From positions 3,233,710-3,297,709 of the forward strand of contig NW_003314264.1 of assembly GCF_000143415.4 (NCBI RefSeq): a DNA stretch of 64,000 nucleotides. Direction: 5' to 3'. Each line of letters begins with the position of its first letter. The stretch's first letter is position 1. Under the pieces are notes generated by a model, which saw only the letters and a program-made list of their open reading frames with translations, had not been told where the DNA came from and ran no database searches. Both the position numbers and the translations under genes were made by a program. Below are positions 15,100 through 29,359 of the stretch, one piece after another. This DNA comes from Selaginella moellendorffii. Taxonomy: Eukaryota > Plantae > Lycopodiophyta.

Positions 15100-18000
15100 C
15101 GATTGATGCTTGGTATTTCATGCAACATAGATTCCATACATTCGAATTGAACATTCTGGGTAGCATATTTATTTTTCCAGGAATAAACTAGCAAAAGGCA
15201 TCCAACGTAGAGCTACGCTGGACCAATGAAAATGTTTTACCTAGAATCATCATCAACATAAAAAGAACTCGAGATGAATTAGAATAATATGATTGAGTGC
15301 ACAAAGAGAGTATCAGACAAATCAAATGTAATATTGCAAAAAAAGACATCAGCTAAAAGAAAAAACAAAGAAGAAATGGACTAAACCACTAGCCATTGTT
15401 ACATCAGTTCAAGGTACAGAAATGTTAGTCCATAGTTATCAACCAAAAAGAATTGTGCTAAGCTAAAAAAAATATGCTATAATTATTATGTATACAGATG
15501 CAAATAGTGTAGTGCTAAAGCAGCAATAGAGAATACACCATGCTAGCATTAAAAAGCATGCAAAAACTCAAAATTGCATGTCTAATTCCATGCCAAATAG
15601 AAACCACAAGCTTTGATAAAATTTAATTTAATGTTATAAAGAACTTTGAATGCACCAATATGATTGTATAAACATAATTGAAACACATAAAAAGCTTAAA
15701 TGACCAAATGGTAAAATAATCTTATTAAACTATGACCTTAACTAGAGCACTTCATTTATACTGGTGCTTTCATAAATGATGTGCCCACACAATCCTCCTT
15801 GGGCTTCAGCTTTTTAAGTAGAAGGAATGTAGTTGAAAGACATGATCACCACTTTGGAAATTAAAGGACAGTAATCCACATTCCTTTATCATCTGTAAGG
15901 GCAAAATAGAAGAATTGCCAGCAGCAACCCCCCAAGCAACGCCCCATTGGTATGACACTTTGAAACACCAAGTGTTTCTCTGTTTATCTAGAGCAAGTTG
16001 GCTGGATATTTCAAATTTACCATGGCTATATCTCAGTCTAGCATCAGCTAACATGGAGAATGAGATGCTGGAATGCCACCTCTAGAAAGAAGTGGTGGAA
16101 AGGCTATATTCTGTCCTTTGCTCTTTCTTGCAGAGGCTTGACATTTTCCATGAGCTTGTTCATTAGAGATTGATAGAATGGTTTTTAAAGGCTTCAAAAT
16201 ATGAAGGAAGTTAGTTGGTTTCTCTAGGTTTTTAGCTGTTTAGTGTCTTGTTTTAATTGAACTTGAGTTATTCAATATACAGAAAGGTTAGTCCATAGTT
16301 CCAAGAAGCTTATAGAGTGATTTAGTTTGGGATGACTTTTGGCTTCTACATTTATGAAGGTTGGTGAAGGTGGATGAAAATATTTACTTGCTGGAATGCA
16401 AAGAATATCTTCAGAAGCCACTCTAACTCATTTATCTGGAAGTAAAAACAATACATATGCTCATAAGTTTTAAAAAATAAAAGGCCTATAAAAGCTTGGG
16501 AATTCTTCAGATGGACCTTAAAGAAATTCTATCAAAAATTCAATTAAAAATTATGGTTTTGTCAAAATGAAATTCATGAGATCTTATTTAACTCAGAATT
16601 CAAGATTAGAAGAATTCAATTTAGAATTGCATGATGAAATTAAAATTCATGATTCAATTAGAATTAGAATTCAATCATTCATGATGATGATTGTTTGTTA
16701 AAATTCTTTGTCAAATTAATCAAGTCAAATTAATTGAGCTCAGACACCCTGAGATCCCAAGCTCATGTAGGTTGGGCACCTTGAGTTTTGTCAATGCATG
16801 GTCATCACATTCACCATGCATTCACGGCCCCAAACAAGGAGATAAACTAGTTCACTGATTTGGCCAATTAGGCACCTAAGCTCAAGCACTTGGACATCCA
16901 AGGCTTCCATTAGAGCCTCTTGATCTAGACACAAGTTCAACAAGTCAATTAATTAGGGTGAAAAGAGAAGTGGAAAAACAAAAACTACTACCTAAGTGTT
17001 CTCTACTATAACATTGCTCTAGCACCATGAGCTTGGATTGTTGCCTATGATCTTAACAAACCAATTAGTCATACTAATATGAAAAAGAAGATGTAAAAAA
17101 AAAAAAACTCATCTGATCAGTGCTCCATAGATTGCTTGTGATCTAAACAAACTAATTAATCTTGCACATAGAAGAAGAAGACAAAAAAAACTCACATGAT
17201 CAATGCTCCATGAGCTTGGATCATTGCCTGCAATCCATCTTGCAAACAAACGAATGGAAAAAAAAAACAGATATAAGCCAAGCCCCATTACTCATACTCA
17301 TACAAGCCTTTTGTGACCATGAATCCCTCACTCTCAAATCTCTCAAGGCCTTGATCATGGTAAGATCTTGTGGGGATGCTAGTGCCATTGCTAAATCTAT
17401 TATCACCACAGTCACAACCATATTTATTGCTAAGTTGCCAAGATCTAGCATCACCAGCCACTAAAACCCTAAACTTAAACCTTGAAGTCAATATCATTTT
17501 TCTTCTCATGTCTTGTGTGGAGGAATACCAACACCTCACCAAGTGCATCTCATAAGCTTCTCAATCTGGTTGAGAATTACACTTTACCTAAAAAATTTAG
17601 GTTTAAACTCCAATTTTTATAACCTTCAACAAAAACATTTCAGTTACATTAAGAATGAAAGCTTAGAAGTGGGAATTTTAGTTTATAAAAGGCCATATGA
17701 TATATTTATAAATCACACTTATCATATTATCCACTTCATTGCTTAAGGAACATGGCAGTATAAAATGTTACTTTATTTATATATTTGGGGTATAATTCCA
17801 AAATCTGTGTAATTATAAAAATTTCTTCTCTAGAAAAAATACTAATTTCTTACTTACTGCATTCTTGTTAAAGTAAAAGTTTATGATATAAATTGCAAAT
17901 ACTTTGTCCTTTTAGAGAATCCTATATAACCCTCACAGCTTGCCTCTTCCCATTAGCTACTGTTTTGTTACTCTAAAAGAAGATGAAAAAGAAAAAGAGT

Positions 18001-19320
18001 TTTCTAAGCTCACATAGCTTTTATACATGTTTAAAAGAATGTAATGTCTCTTTCAAACACACCCTTAACAACTTATTCATGAATTTATAAGCAAAGTGAA
18101 TGATTTAAGAGATGATCCACTAGAGTTCAAATATATAAGGAATGGGCTTATAAATAAAAATGCACTTCATTTTTCAACTAGTTAAGTGTTTTAAGATAAT
18201 TATGAATAATAACTATGCTAGGTAACCTAAATTTAAGATTAGTATTAGAGAAGTATCAGGTTCAAATTACACTATATATTGAAATTGATATTTAATGGTT
18301 CCATTTGGTCTAGCCACATGTTGAAATTGGTATTTGAATTCAATTTGGTCTAGAATTGACATTTTGCAATTCAATTTAGTCCAACAACTTATAAATAACT
18401 TAATTGACAATTTATTAGAGTTCAAATATAAAGGGATGAACAAGAATGCATCCTTTTTTTCAATTGGTTAAGAGTTTTGGGGTACATAGGTGAGTTCCAA
18501 GAAAGTCTAAATTTAAAATTTTATAAAATTCCTTTTACAAAAGAACTAAATTGCTACCTTTACTAAATCTATAGCATTAAAGTGTATAAACTACATTTAG
18601 AAGCTTTTCTTTTTTGAATAACCTTATTTAAGGTTTAATCGGTTATATAGAATCTCTAAAAGAAAAGTAAAATGATTGCATATTGCATATAACAACACTT
18701 GGTTTTCTTAATAGTAGTGTTTATTATTTAATACTCCAAATGATCAGATAGAACCTCATAATTATAAAAATGTTTATAATTTAATTGTAGAATAAACAGG
18801 ATATATTTAGGAAATTTTATAAATTATAAATAAAACATTAATATAAATGACTGTTAGATTGTAAAATATCCTATAATATCCACTACCATCCCAGTATTTG
18901 CTTAAAGACAGCAATAATAAAAAAGAAAAGGATGCTAGTGGATATACCTAAAATATATTTGGATATTATTAAAATTTAAGTTAAAATTTAATTTAAACTT
19001 TTCTAATTTTAAATTACCAAAGTGTATTAACTACATAAGTTAAAAGTTTAATCATATTTTAATAAAATAAATTTAAGTATAATTATTTTTTGGCTTATAT
19101 GATAAATATTAAATCCTTTATGATTTTTTAATAAAATATATATAAACTATAAGAAGTACATAAATTATTAAATGATATATAATACATAAATAGATAATAA
19201 TATAAATTAGAAAATTTTAATTATTTCATAAAGAAAAAACTGAAGCTAGAAAAATAATAGTAAAAATTGATATTGTGAACCAAATTTTAATAAAACTTAA
19301 GAAACTAAGTAAAATATTTT
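15100..19320. repeat. Very AT-rich intergenic block of decayed repeats/TE remnants
   Basis: No credible ORF; local diverged duplications (about 17020-17230, and 18120-18230 vs 18415-18520). Confidence 0.55.
18760..18970. mobile_element. Two adjacent termini of a non-autonomous hAT-like DNA transposon/MITE family
   Basis: Reverse complement GGGATGGTAGTGGATAT ending at 18893, and GGATGCTAGTGGATATACCTA at about 18930, both match the terminus at 54396. Confidence 0.5.
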
Positions 19321-19329
19321 GTTTGTGTG

Positions 19330-22300
19330 ATATCATTGCACAAAGACTTTTTTAGTAGATTTGAAGTGATATGTGTAGAATTAGTTAGATTGCACCATTT
19401 GGTAAGAACATTGTATGCATGTTTAGTCACTGATGGAGATATGTATGCAATTGGCAAAATGGTGGAAAGAAACTGTATTGATGACGTTGAAACCTTTAAA
19501 TGGGCGAATCGAGAAGAGGAAACTCTTGCTAGAGATGCTATAGAAGAGGCTAAAGCTAAGTCAGAGGATGAAGAGTCTGATGCTACGGCACTACAACGTA
19601 TGGCTCAAAAAGTTGAGATCGAGAATTTGTGAAAGAAAGTTTGCAAATTGAAGAAGAAGAACAAAAGGAGAAAAAAAGAAGCTGAGGCAACTAAACCAAC
19701 TAAACTTAAGCAACTAGATTCTTTTTCAAGTTCTGAAGACAATAAAGTTTTGCAACCACCCCCAGTTGCACAAGTTACAAAGTTCAAGCCTCCGAAACCA
19801 CCTAATTTCAGAGGCATGCGGGACTATCAGGTTTTGGAAGGTTGGGTTTACGATATAGAAACTATTTCATAGCAGTAGACGTAGATAATCATATGAAACT
19901 TACATGCATGCAATCTTTTCTCACTGATCATGCCAAAACTTGGTAGTGCTAGGTGTGTGCTGAAAAAGGGTAAACTAAAAGTTGGACCAAGATGCAGTCT
20001 TGTATTCATAAGGAATACTTGCCAGATGATCTTAGTCTAAGACTTCGCGCAGAGCTGCGGCAATTGAAGTAACGAGGGGACTTTATGCATTATGTTAATA
20101 CGTTTGCTCAAAAGCACATTATGATTGCAAATATAAGTGACGAAGATGCTCAAAGTTAATTCCTAAAAGGTTTAAATTCACTTTCTTGCAATAAAATTTT
20201 GAAGTTTAAGTCAAAGACATATCTGAAGTGTAAAGAGGCAACACAACAAGTTGCCTTTAAGTCGCTCATGGAACAATATCAGTAGCCGTATGCTAGTACC
20301 TTAGACAAAAATAAAAATTCTGGGAATAAACAAGGTGATTGGAAACAAAGGGTGGAAGGAAGATTCTGCCTTAGAGGCTCACAAACAATGGTTAACAAAG
20401 GTGGTGGTTGGCGACCAATAGCAACTTCTTATAGTCCTAGGCCCTCTGTTCCTCCTCCTGATGGGTATAAATAGCAGCAACTTGCAAAACTTGCTCCTAG
20501 CAAAACAAGTAGTGTGGGTCATTTCTTCCATTGTGGAGAGACAAGACATACGTCCTTGGAATGTCCCAACAAATATAAAACAAAGTCTCGTGTTAATTTC
20601 ATGAGGGAAAATGGTGGTGGTGAAACTGAAGGGGTTGACGAGTTAGTCAATGTAGATTATGAGCTATGAGGAAGAGGAGGTGAGTTACTTTTGTTACTTT
20701 CCTCAATCTTTTCTCGCAATCAATGCAAACACTAATTCGTTAATGTATCCGGGCAATATCAACGATTAGTTTAGACTAGTTGGAGGATGTTCGGGCTTCA
20801 TATGAAAGTGATCCATTGGTAAAGGCAATTTTGCTCCATGTGGAGTTGTCGAAGTAAAGCACAGTAGCAAAGCAGCAAAGTACCGCGCGAGGATGGGCGG
20901 CGTCGTTACGTTNNNNNNNNNNNNNNNNNNNNNNNNNNNNNNNNNNNNNNNNNNNNNNNNNNNNNNNNNNNNNNNNNNNNNNNNNNNNNNNNNNNNNNNN
21001 NNNNNNNNNNNNTCCTTTAGGGTCACAGCAGTTATTTCTGCAGGAACATCATGATGTTCTAGTGGTAGGACATGGTGGAAAACAAAAGACACTTGCTTCA
21101 TTAAAAGAGGGATGGAAGGTGATGTAGCAGATTATGTCCGTTCTTGCTCTATATGCCAGCAATGTAAGTGTAGAACTGAAAAGTAGGTTGGGAAGTTGCA
21201 CCGGCATAGCCATTTCAGAGTGTGATACTTGACTTTATCACTTACTTGCCAAAGTCTAAGGGTTATGATACTTTGATGGTGGTTGTGGATCGGTTGTCAA
21301 AAATTGCACACTTCATTCCAACTATAGAAACAGTGAATGTAAAACAAGCAACAAAACTCTTTTTCTATGAAGTATGTGAGTTTGTGGTTTTTCTGAAGAG
21401 ATGATTTCAGATAAAGATTCAAGATTTATGGGGAAGTTTTGGGGCACATTATTCCAGTTATTCAGTATCAAATTGAAGTTTAGTATAGCTTATCATCCTC
21501 AAATTGATGGGTAGACTGAACATATGAATGCCCAAGTTGAGGATTATTTGCAGTACTATGTCATGGCAGACCAATGTGACTAAGTTAAACATTTGGACAC
21601 AATAAAAATCTATTATAACAACACATCTCATAACACTATTGGCTATTCTCCATTGGAAATGCTGCAAGGGAATGCTCGTGGGGTTCTTTAACAAATTGGT
21701 ATACCAAAACCAATATCTAAAGTGTTGGTCTTGGCTATTGAGACTTATGCAGAGTAGTTACGTGAAGGGTGGTCTAAAGCTACTGAGGCAATAGGTAAAG
21801 TTTAGGATAGATATTGACATAATAAGGATCTGTAACATTGGGATGTATCTTATCAAGTGGAAGATCATGTGTGGCTATCTTCTTGAAACTTGAATATAAA
21901 AAAATCTTTATCTTGGAAACTATTATTAAAATATGTTGGGCCCTATTGGGTATTGAAGCAAGTTGGTGATGTATCTTATAAGTTGGATCCTCTCGATGAG
22001 TTATCCCGTGTACATGATATGTTTCATGTTTGTTTACTAGCCCCATATTGTGTTGTTATGGATTGCTCTATAGACATTTGTCCCCCTCTGGAAGTTGTAA
22101 ATGTTGATCTTGAGTATGAGGTCGAGGCGATTCTCTTGTTTTATAAGGCTCATGGTGGTCGTTCCAAGGAATATCTAGTTAAGTGAAAAGGTTATCTGAC
22201 TTGTGAATTAACTTGGAAACCTCTTAGGAATTTTACACATGCTCATGAGCTTGTCACGGAATATGAAGATTGTAATAAAAACTAACTTTTGTAAATCTTG

Positions 22301-23234
22301 TAATAAATCTTGCAAATTAATAAAGTAATATATTTCTATAAATCAAAGTTTCATTTCTCTTATTTATTAGTATTTGGGTCAGTTTTGGCAGGTTGACTTC
22401 GGCACTTCGGTGCATGGGTCCAATCCATAACCATGGGGATAACTATTATAGACTGATCACAAGTCCTTACCTTTCTCTCATTGACTCATTGTTGAAAAAG
22501 GGTATAGTTGTGTAAACAACTTCCTCTGCCAACTTATAATAGTTGTCTAAATCTTCCTGACGGGGTTGATTTCTTGCTCAGGGGAAGTTAGGCCTCTAGC
22601 TCTCAAACTATGTTGCTGTGGGCAGGGATATATCATTCTTTTGTAAGCTGAGTGGTACTCAGAGCAGCAAGGGTGGCTAACTCCGCTAATCATTTCCTTG
22701 TTGGCAATGGCTGGAGGGTGTCTGAGTTTTAATGTCTTTGGACATATAGGAGATATCGTTCCATAACTTATTTAAGTCAGTGTGTTTCCTATATAATGTG
22801 CTTTTCGTTAACTTTTAGAGTTATTTCTTTGACGATTTGCTATACTCAGGTATACATCAACGAGGATATCAATCTTTCCAAAAGGGGGGAGAGTGTTGCG
22901 AATATGACTTTAGGTATCTAAAGATATTTGTTGGCTAGTTTTTATAAACACTCTTTCCTTATTGTCATGATGGTAAGAGATCAATACAGTTGGTTCCTTT
23001 TATAGTTCTCACTTGAGCTAGTTAAACTAGTTAGTTTGGCTTATGTTGGGTTGTGTCACTCTTTGTTTTGCATTTGGCTTGGGTCTAAACCCAAGCTCCA
23101 CGTTGCTTTAATCGGTGTAGTACTTTCCTCTTTGCATTAGGCCATTGGTATGCCAAAATCGTGTTAAACATCATTTGACACCATTTTGCATATAGGTGCT
23201 AGATATGGGAAGTTGGTGCTTGTGAAATTATATC
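19330..23234 (+). mobile_element. Decayed Ty3/Gypsy chromovirus (gag, assembly gap, integrase, chromodomain, PPT, probable 3' LTR from 22894)
   Basis: gag KFKPPKPPNFRGMRDYQVLEGWVYD; integrase LDFITYLPKSKGYDTLMVVVDRLSKIAHFIP; YVGPY; chromodomain EYEVEAIL...YLVK; [16 protein letters not shown] before TG at 22894; many stops. Boundaries approximate. Confidence 0.85.
20913..21012. other. Assembly gap (100 N)
   Basis: Run of N; protease-RT-RNaseH of the decayed Gypsy is missing across it. Confidence 1.
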
Positions 23235-25769
23235 AAACCCTAATAAATATGTTTACTACTTAACATTTTACTTCTTTCCAAATAAGGGACAAAAGAAAAA
23301 AGTTAAAAATGAGTAGAAAAAGTAAAATTGACTTTTATTTTGCACTAGATTAAGATTTGTTAAATATATTAGTGTCTTTAGCACTAAATCTATTCTTTAT
23401 CTCCAAATGTTCAAACTAGCCAAAATTAATAAGTTAATGATGAGGAAATAAAAGTCTTTACTAGAATAAATATGGTTTTAAATAAATCATAAATTTGTGA
23501 AAGATAAAATTTGATGTTATAATAGAGTTTCAATAAAGATTTTTAATTTATTTAAGCTATCATTCTATTCTTGGAAAATATTTTAATAATATATTATTTA
23601 ATTAAGGGAGCTACAATTTTCAACTATAAATTTTAAATGTACATTCTTCAGTAGGGCATAAAAATATTTTATCTAAGCATGATGGAAATATTAAATTTAT
23701 GAATCTAGAAAAACATTATTGATGTTTTATGGAAAACAATAATAAGGAAGATTATATTCTTTATATAATAAAAGTGGTTCACCACCTTGTGATACTGAAT
23801 TTTTTATTGAATAATTTAAATTTAAAAACTTTAAATTATATTTATCAATGGGTATTAAATTAAAAATTTTAATTATTAGACACATGACTTCCTCAATGCA
23901 ATCTAAAATATGGAATAATAAAAAATCTTTAACAAAACTTAGCAAAAAATATTATTTATTAAGTTTTATTAAAAATATGAATTTTTATATAATGTATTAG
24001 CTTAAAATGAATTTGTGAAGTTTTCACTAAAACAATTTAACATTTAGAGTGAAAAATAAATTTGAAACTATACCTTTTGCATGTAATAAAATTTAATTAG
24101 CTATAATAGGTATGTGTTTCTAAAAAGTAGTTGTCTTAAAATCATTATTTTATCAATATCTTATCATCACTAATGATAATTTCAATTAATCTGTAAGCCA
24201 TTAACAAGTTAACTCAAAATAAGAAAAAATTTAAAAGCATAAATTTAGATCTAAATTTAAAATTTTACAATCCAAAACCTTAAATGATAATATTCATTAG
24301 TTATGTTTTAGCAACTAAGTATTTTATTTTATAATAAAATGTCTCATGTTCTAACCTTAAATTTAATGTTTCATCCATTTTTTTTATATAAACAAGTTTA
24401 GAAAAATATAAATAGTAAATTATTCTAGAAATTATGTTCTTTCTCAATAGGACAATTTAAATTTCAAAAAGGCACTATTTAATTTTAACAAAGTTTAAAC
24501 ATTTAATCTCTATAATTTTTAAGATTTTTAAAAATAATATTAGTAGAATATTTCTTATATAAAGAAGCTTTATATATAAATATGACTTATTTTTAGCATT
24601 TATGCAATATCTCACAATAAACTGAATTTTGTGTCTAAAATCCATAAATGATATTTGAAACTATTATATTAGCCTTTACATACTAAATTGAGTATTAAAG
24701 CAACAAAAATAAATATCATCATATTTATAATATAGCATTCTATATTTTTATTTTTAGTATATCCTCAGTTATTAGTTTAGATTTTCATTTTTATGAAAGA
24801 ATTAATTTCAAACTCAAATTTAATGGTTACTTTTATTCCCTTCATTGTTTATCTTTATGAAAATATTTTATAAAATAATATAAACCATTTATTTAGAAAG
24901 TAAAATTTTTTAACATTTAAAGTCACTACTAATATTATGAAAATAGATCCACATACAATGTAAGGAGGAGCAACAAGCCTTTCGGGGTGGAACACGTCCT
25001 TCTCCGTGGAAATGCACATGCCCTGTCCAAAGATATCAAAAGCCTCCGCTAAAAACAAAATCTTGTTGTAAGTTGTGAGCATTAAAAACCAAGTTGTGCT
25101 ACCTTGAAAAACCTCCCTTCTCATTGTGTTGCTGCCATTACTTGAATTCCTTCATTAGCAAAGATGGGATGAAATGCAAGTGTGTCATAATATGTTTTTC
25201 AAATCTTGATAGAAAAAATACTATCAAAAGTAAATGACAAAATAGGAATTGCTTTTAAAAATGAATTTTTTTCCTTTTCTATTTTAAATTTAATAGATAT
25301 TATAGCCACATACTTCCATGACAATCATACTCAGTGGATTGTAGGGCAGAAAGTGGCATTTTATCGGATGGATGACATAGAAATAAAGCTGAAGGTGAGT
25401 GCTATTGAAAATCAATTATCACAAAATATAAAAATCAACTTTTAGTAAACTAAAAGTTTTTAAATTATATAGATACCATTAATATAAGTTTAAACATAAA
25501 TAACAACTATTCTTTGCATTGCTAGCTTATTTTCTTTATCATATTTTTTTAAATTTAGTTACAACTGAATACATTATGATTAAGTTAGGGAACTAACTGA
25601 CTTTATTGGTTGATGTTGGCAAAATATGTAATGTGTGTGTATTTATTTAATTAAAAAGAAGTGTAAGAATTTTAAAATAAGTGATGTTCCTTTAAAAGTT
25701 AATCTTATTTTTAGAACTTTCTTAGCACTTTGTTTATTTTGTAAAGTTTTTTTGTCAGAATAATTAATT

Positions 25770-26223
25770 TTTATTTACAATGTTGCTTATTGGCCCTCAT
25801 TCTTATCGACTGAACAAACTTTTGAGTGATAGCGATCACTAATGATTGTGTGCCAATTGATATGCTAGGGAGATCAAAAATTAAACAAAAGTGGTAGTGA
25901 TAAATGTAAATTAATTTCATCTTCCATTATGAATACTCTGGTGATGATCTTAGATATATTCTCCTTTAGGTTTTATTTCAACCACAGTAAGTCTCAAGAT
26001 AACTATTATTTATTTACAATGTTACTAATTGGCATCACCCGTCATTCTTATCAACCAAACTAACTTTGTGGTACTACTTGATTTAATGAGATGAAAGTAT
26101 TGGGATCAAAGATTAAATAAAAGTGCTAATGATAAATGTAAACTAGCTTCATCTTCCAATATGAAAACTTTGGTGCACCATATTGGATATACTTTCCTTT
26201 AGGTTTTATTTTAACCATAGTAA
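25770..26223. repeat. Diverged tandem duplication, about 235-bp unit
   Basis: ttatttacaatgtt...gataaatgtaaa...ttcatcttcca...cctttaggttttattt...agtaa occurs twice. Confidence 0.75.
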
Positions 26224-26684
26224 TATGTTTTCTCTCTAGAAGAAAGAAAAACAATTCTTTGGCTTTTGCTCCATAAGTAAATAATAGGAACTTTCAAGGT
26301 TGCAACTTCCAAATTGTTTACAATGACACATCATGCTGAAAAAGAGAATTGACAAGACTAAGATGGAAAAGTAATCACATGCTTAAGCTATAGCTCTTCC
26401 CATTCCAAATATTAAGAGTTTTCAAACACACTTTCAAAGAAAAAAAAAGCTTACATACACTACTTTTGTAACCTAATGTGCTTGCAAATATTTGAGATCT
26501 AAAGTTAGCAGGTTGTTTAACAAGCATTTGCAAATCACCACTACAATTATCAATTCAACAGAGTGATTATAGTGGCACTCACTCTTTCCCCTCTTGATTC
26601 TATTTTACATTCTAGTGCTCGCATTGCTAGATTATAACTGTTAATTTAAACAGATCACTAGTATATTCCTTTTCTAAAGCGAAG

Positions 26685-27428
26685 TCACACAATTCTTTGC
26701 TGGCTAAGTTGGGTTTCTAGTGCGGCTGTTGATTCCTGGAGGAGTGATCTTGCCTCGTTCCTTCTCCTGACCAAATCAGGGAGAAAATATGAATACAAAA
26801 ACGAATCCAATGCATACTTGTGAACTTCTTCCACAGCTTGCTTTCGTCTTTGCACTTGGGTCTCGAGAATGCGAATAAGTGTCGCTCTGGCCTGGAGAAC
26901 AATACTTTGCATGAGCAAAAAAGAAAGGATTTAGTTTTTGTCAAACCTGGTGTGGTCTGAGTGAATTGAGCAAGTGATGCATGTTTCTGAGAATGAGCCC
27001 CATGTCTTCCACTCTTCGAGCATACTGAGAAGGCCTCTCCACCAAAACGTCGGCGAGCTCCATCATCTGGAGCACAAGCTCTCGGTTCAAAGCCTTGAGC
27101 TCCTTCTTGTAGTCTAATCTCCCAACGTTTGAGGAGAAAGATCAATCCACTGGAAAAAATCTTGGTCGAGTCCAACTTACCAATGTTGGGTCCTATGGGA
27201 TACAATTGACGAAGCCCCACTTCCTCCAAACTGGGTAGCGTATCGTCAGTCTGAAAGCTCAAGCTTATAAGAGAAGAGAAAAAGAGAACAGGGTCTAACC
27301 GTGTACGTGTTCCCAAACACGGAGTAAGTTCCCTGGAGCGGCGGAGGCGGCGATGCCGCGGAGGCTGGATCCTTGTAGAGCTTGTAATAGGGAGGCGGTG
27401 GCGGATAGGCAGCAGAAGTAGTAGCCAT
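26685..27428 (-). CDS. MED7: Mediator subunit 7, 5 exons
   Basis: AYPPPPPYYKLY; LPSLEEVGLRQLYP; DYKKELKALN...NMHHLLNSLRPHQ|ARATLIRILE. Confidence 0.93.
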
Positions 27429-28302
27429 GGCTAGGGCTTCATTAAAACAGGGGTCAACGCCGAGACATAAGCTTACTCCTCGTCGCTCTTGCTCACTTAG
27501 CCATCTTCCCTGGCAAAGTAAGCGTTCGATCTCATCACAACTACCACGAAGCTATGTTAGCGGATGAGGTGGTATGTTCTTGGCATTACGTTTGTGAAGG
27601 AGGCAGCACTGGTCCCAAATTACGCTTGTCATTCACGAGCTCTTTAGGAGTGAGGACTTTTTTTTCTCTGTGGAATCTTGCTCATTTGTGTGCCATCGAA
27701 AATGTCAAGGATAAGGCCACGCAAAGGAGTCCATTAGGTGCTTACGATTGGTAAGAGTTTCCGTTCATTTGAAGGTCTTGTGTGTTGTTCTCTTTAGGTG
27801 TCGAGTTGCTACCGAGGTCAGAATTGAAGACACAAGTTTGTCCTGATACCTCCATACTGGAGCAAAATACAATCTTTGAAAGGACTTGAGGCGAGATACG
27901 CTTATACTTGGACAACGTTGTACCATTGAATCACGCGGTTATTTAGCTCTGTACAAGATGTTTTTAATCGGGACGTTCTGCCCAATCTAAACGTCCAAAA
28001 GTTGGCACTGCATTCGCTAGTAACTTTAAAGGTATATACGTCAAAGTTTTTTTCAGAAACAACAAATATCTTGTGCCAATGCCTTTAAACAAAAAGTGAG
28101 AAAAAAGTTCATGGAAATTTTTGAGCCGCCATTAATTTTAGACAAGCTTTTCTGTGGACACCTGAACACCATAGTTTATGAGGCAAGAAACAAGGACAGA
28201 GCAACGGCTATTAGATGCGTCCTCTTTATAAGGAAGCACTCCTACTGTTTTGTTGAGCCCAAGATTCCAAGAGTAACAAAGAGAGGGAGGGGGGCTCTCA
28301 AG

Positions 28303-29359
28303 ATGGGGAGGAGCACAAACTCTTTAACAGTGTGTTTTTGCTTGCTGCTAGTCTTGTTCCTCCACAGGAGGGCAATGTGTGTTGTCATCACCGTGGGAGA
28401 CTCGCTCGGCTGGACAAATTTCGATCTCTCCACGCAGAGGGTTCCAGATTATGCTGCCTGGGCCGCCTCTCAGCCAGTCGCATCGGGAGATTCCGTCGGT
28501 GAGTGGATCATCCTGTTTTTGGTCTTCTCTTCTCTTAGTTTTCTCCAGGCTTCCCTGTGAGTGTAGGTAGCGCCTTGGTTTTCTCGTTTCTCTAGTCCTT
28601 GCGCTATGGCTGCTAACAAACAATCCCGTATGAATCGTGCAGTGTTTCGATACGCTCCAGGCTTTCACAATGTGGCAATGCTTCCGTCCAAGGCCGACTT
28701 CGACAATTGCAACTTTGCGAAGGCAACCATGCTCGACACTGGATCGTCTGGCAACTTCACGGTCTGTAGTACGCTTCCGGACCGCTTTCTCGTGACTAAA
28801 GTGGCCAAAGCTCTCGCTTTTTTCCTTTTCTTTTTGCTTTTCCAAAGTGGATAGCTCCCGAGAAGGCTGGCGCGTACTACTTTGCGTGTGGATTCTCAGT
28901 GGAGGGCCAGGGAACGCACTGCGATGGCGGACAGAAAGTTACCATCAGTGTTGGCGTCTTGGCTGCTGCTCCTCCCCTGGCACTATCTCCAACTCCGGCC
29001 GGATTAGTCCTGGCCCCAGGGCTTCCTCCATCGTCACCATCGTCATCGCCATCGCCAGGAGGAGGACCAACAAGCCCTGCGGCTTCTCCAGGGATGGGAC
29101 TGGTCCCAGCGATAGCTCCAGCGACGAGCGACTCACCCAGCTCCTCCATGGCGCCCAGTGGTAGCTCCGGAGCCTCGGCAGCGGTCCCTATAGAAGGGTC
29201 AGAGCAAGACAACACCTCGGTAAGAGCTTAAGCTTTTTTTTTTCTTTCTCGATCCGAGAGAACTGACCAGAAAATGGTTTGCTGTAGGGTGGCGATAGTC
29301 TCGCAACTTGGTGGAGGTTGATCGTCGTGTCCACTGTGGTGGCGCTGAGACTTTTGTGA
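28303..29359 (+). CDS. Phytocyanin (stellacyanin-type) with P/S/A-rich AGP-like linker and predicted GPI signal; exons 28303-28498, 28643-28761, 28848-29219, 29288-29359
   Basis: Signal peptide; VGDSLGW, YAAWA, HNV, YYFACG, THCDGGQK; hydrophobic C-terminus. Confidence 0.9.

Noticed and set aside
15740-16450. Higher-GC patch that may be a decayed coding sequence (also 24940-25200)
   Set aside because: All frames are interrupted and I recognised no motif.
20740-21100. Sequence of different character flanking the N gap, and an ORF spanning it
   Set aside because: Likely low-quality contig ends; the ORF is an artefact of the Ns.
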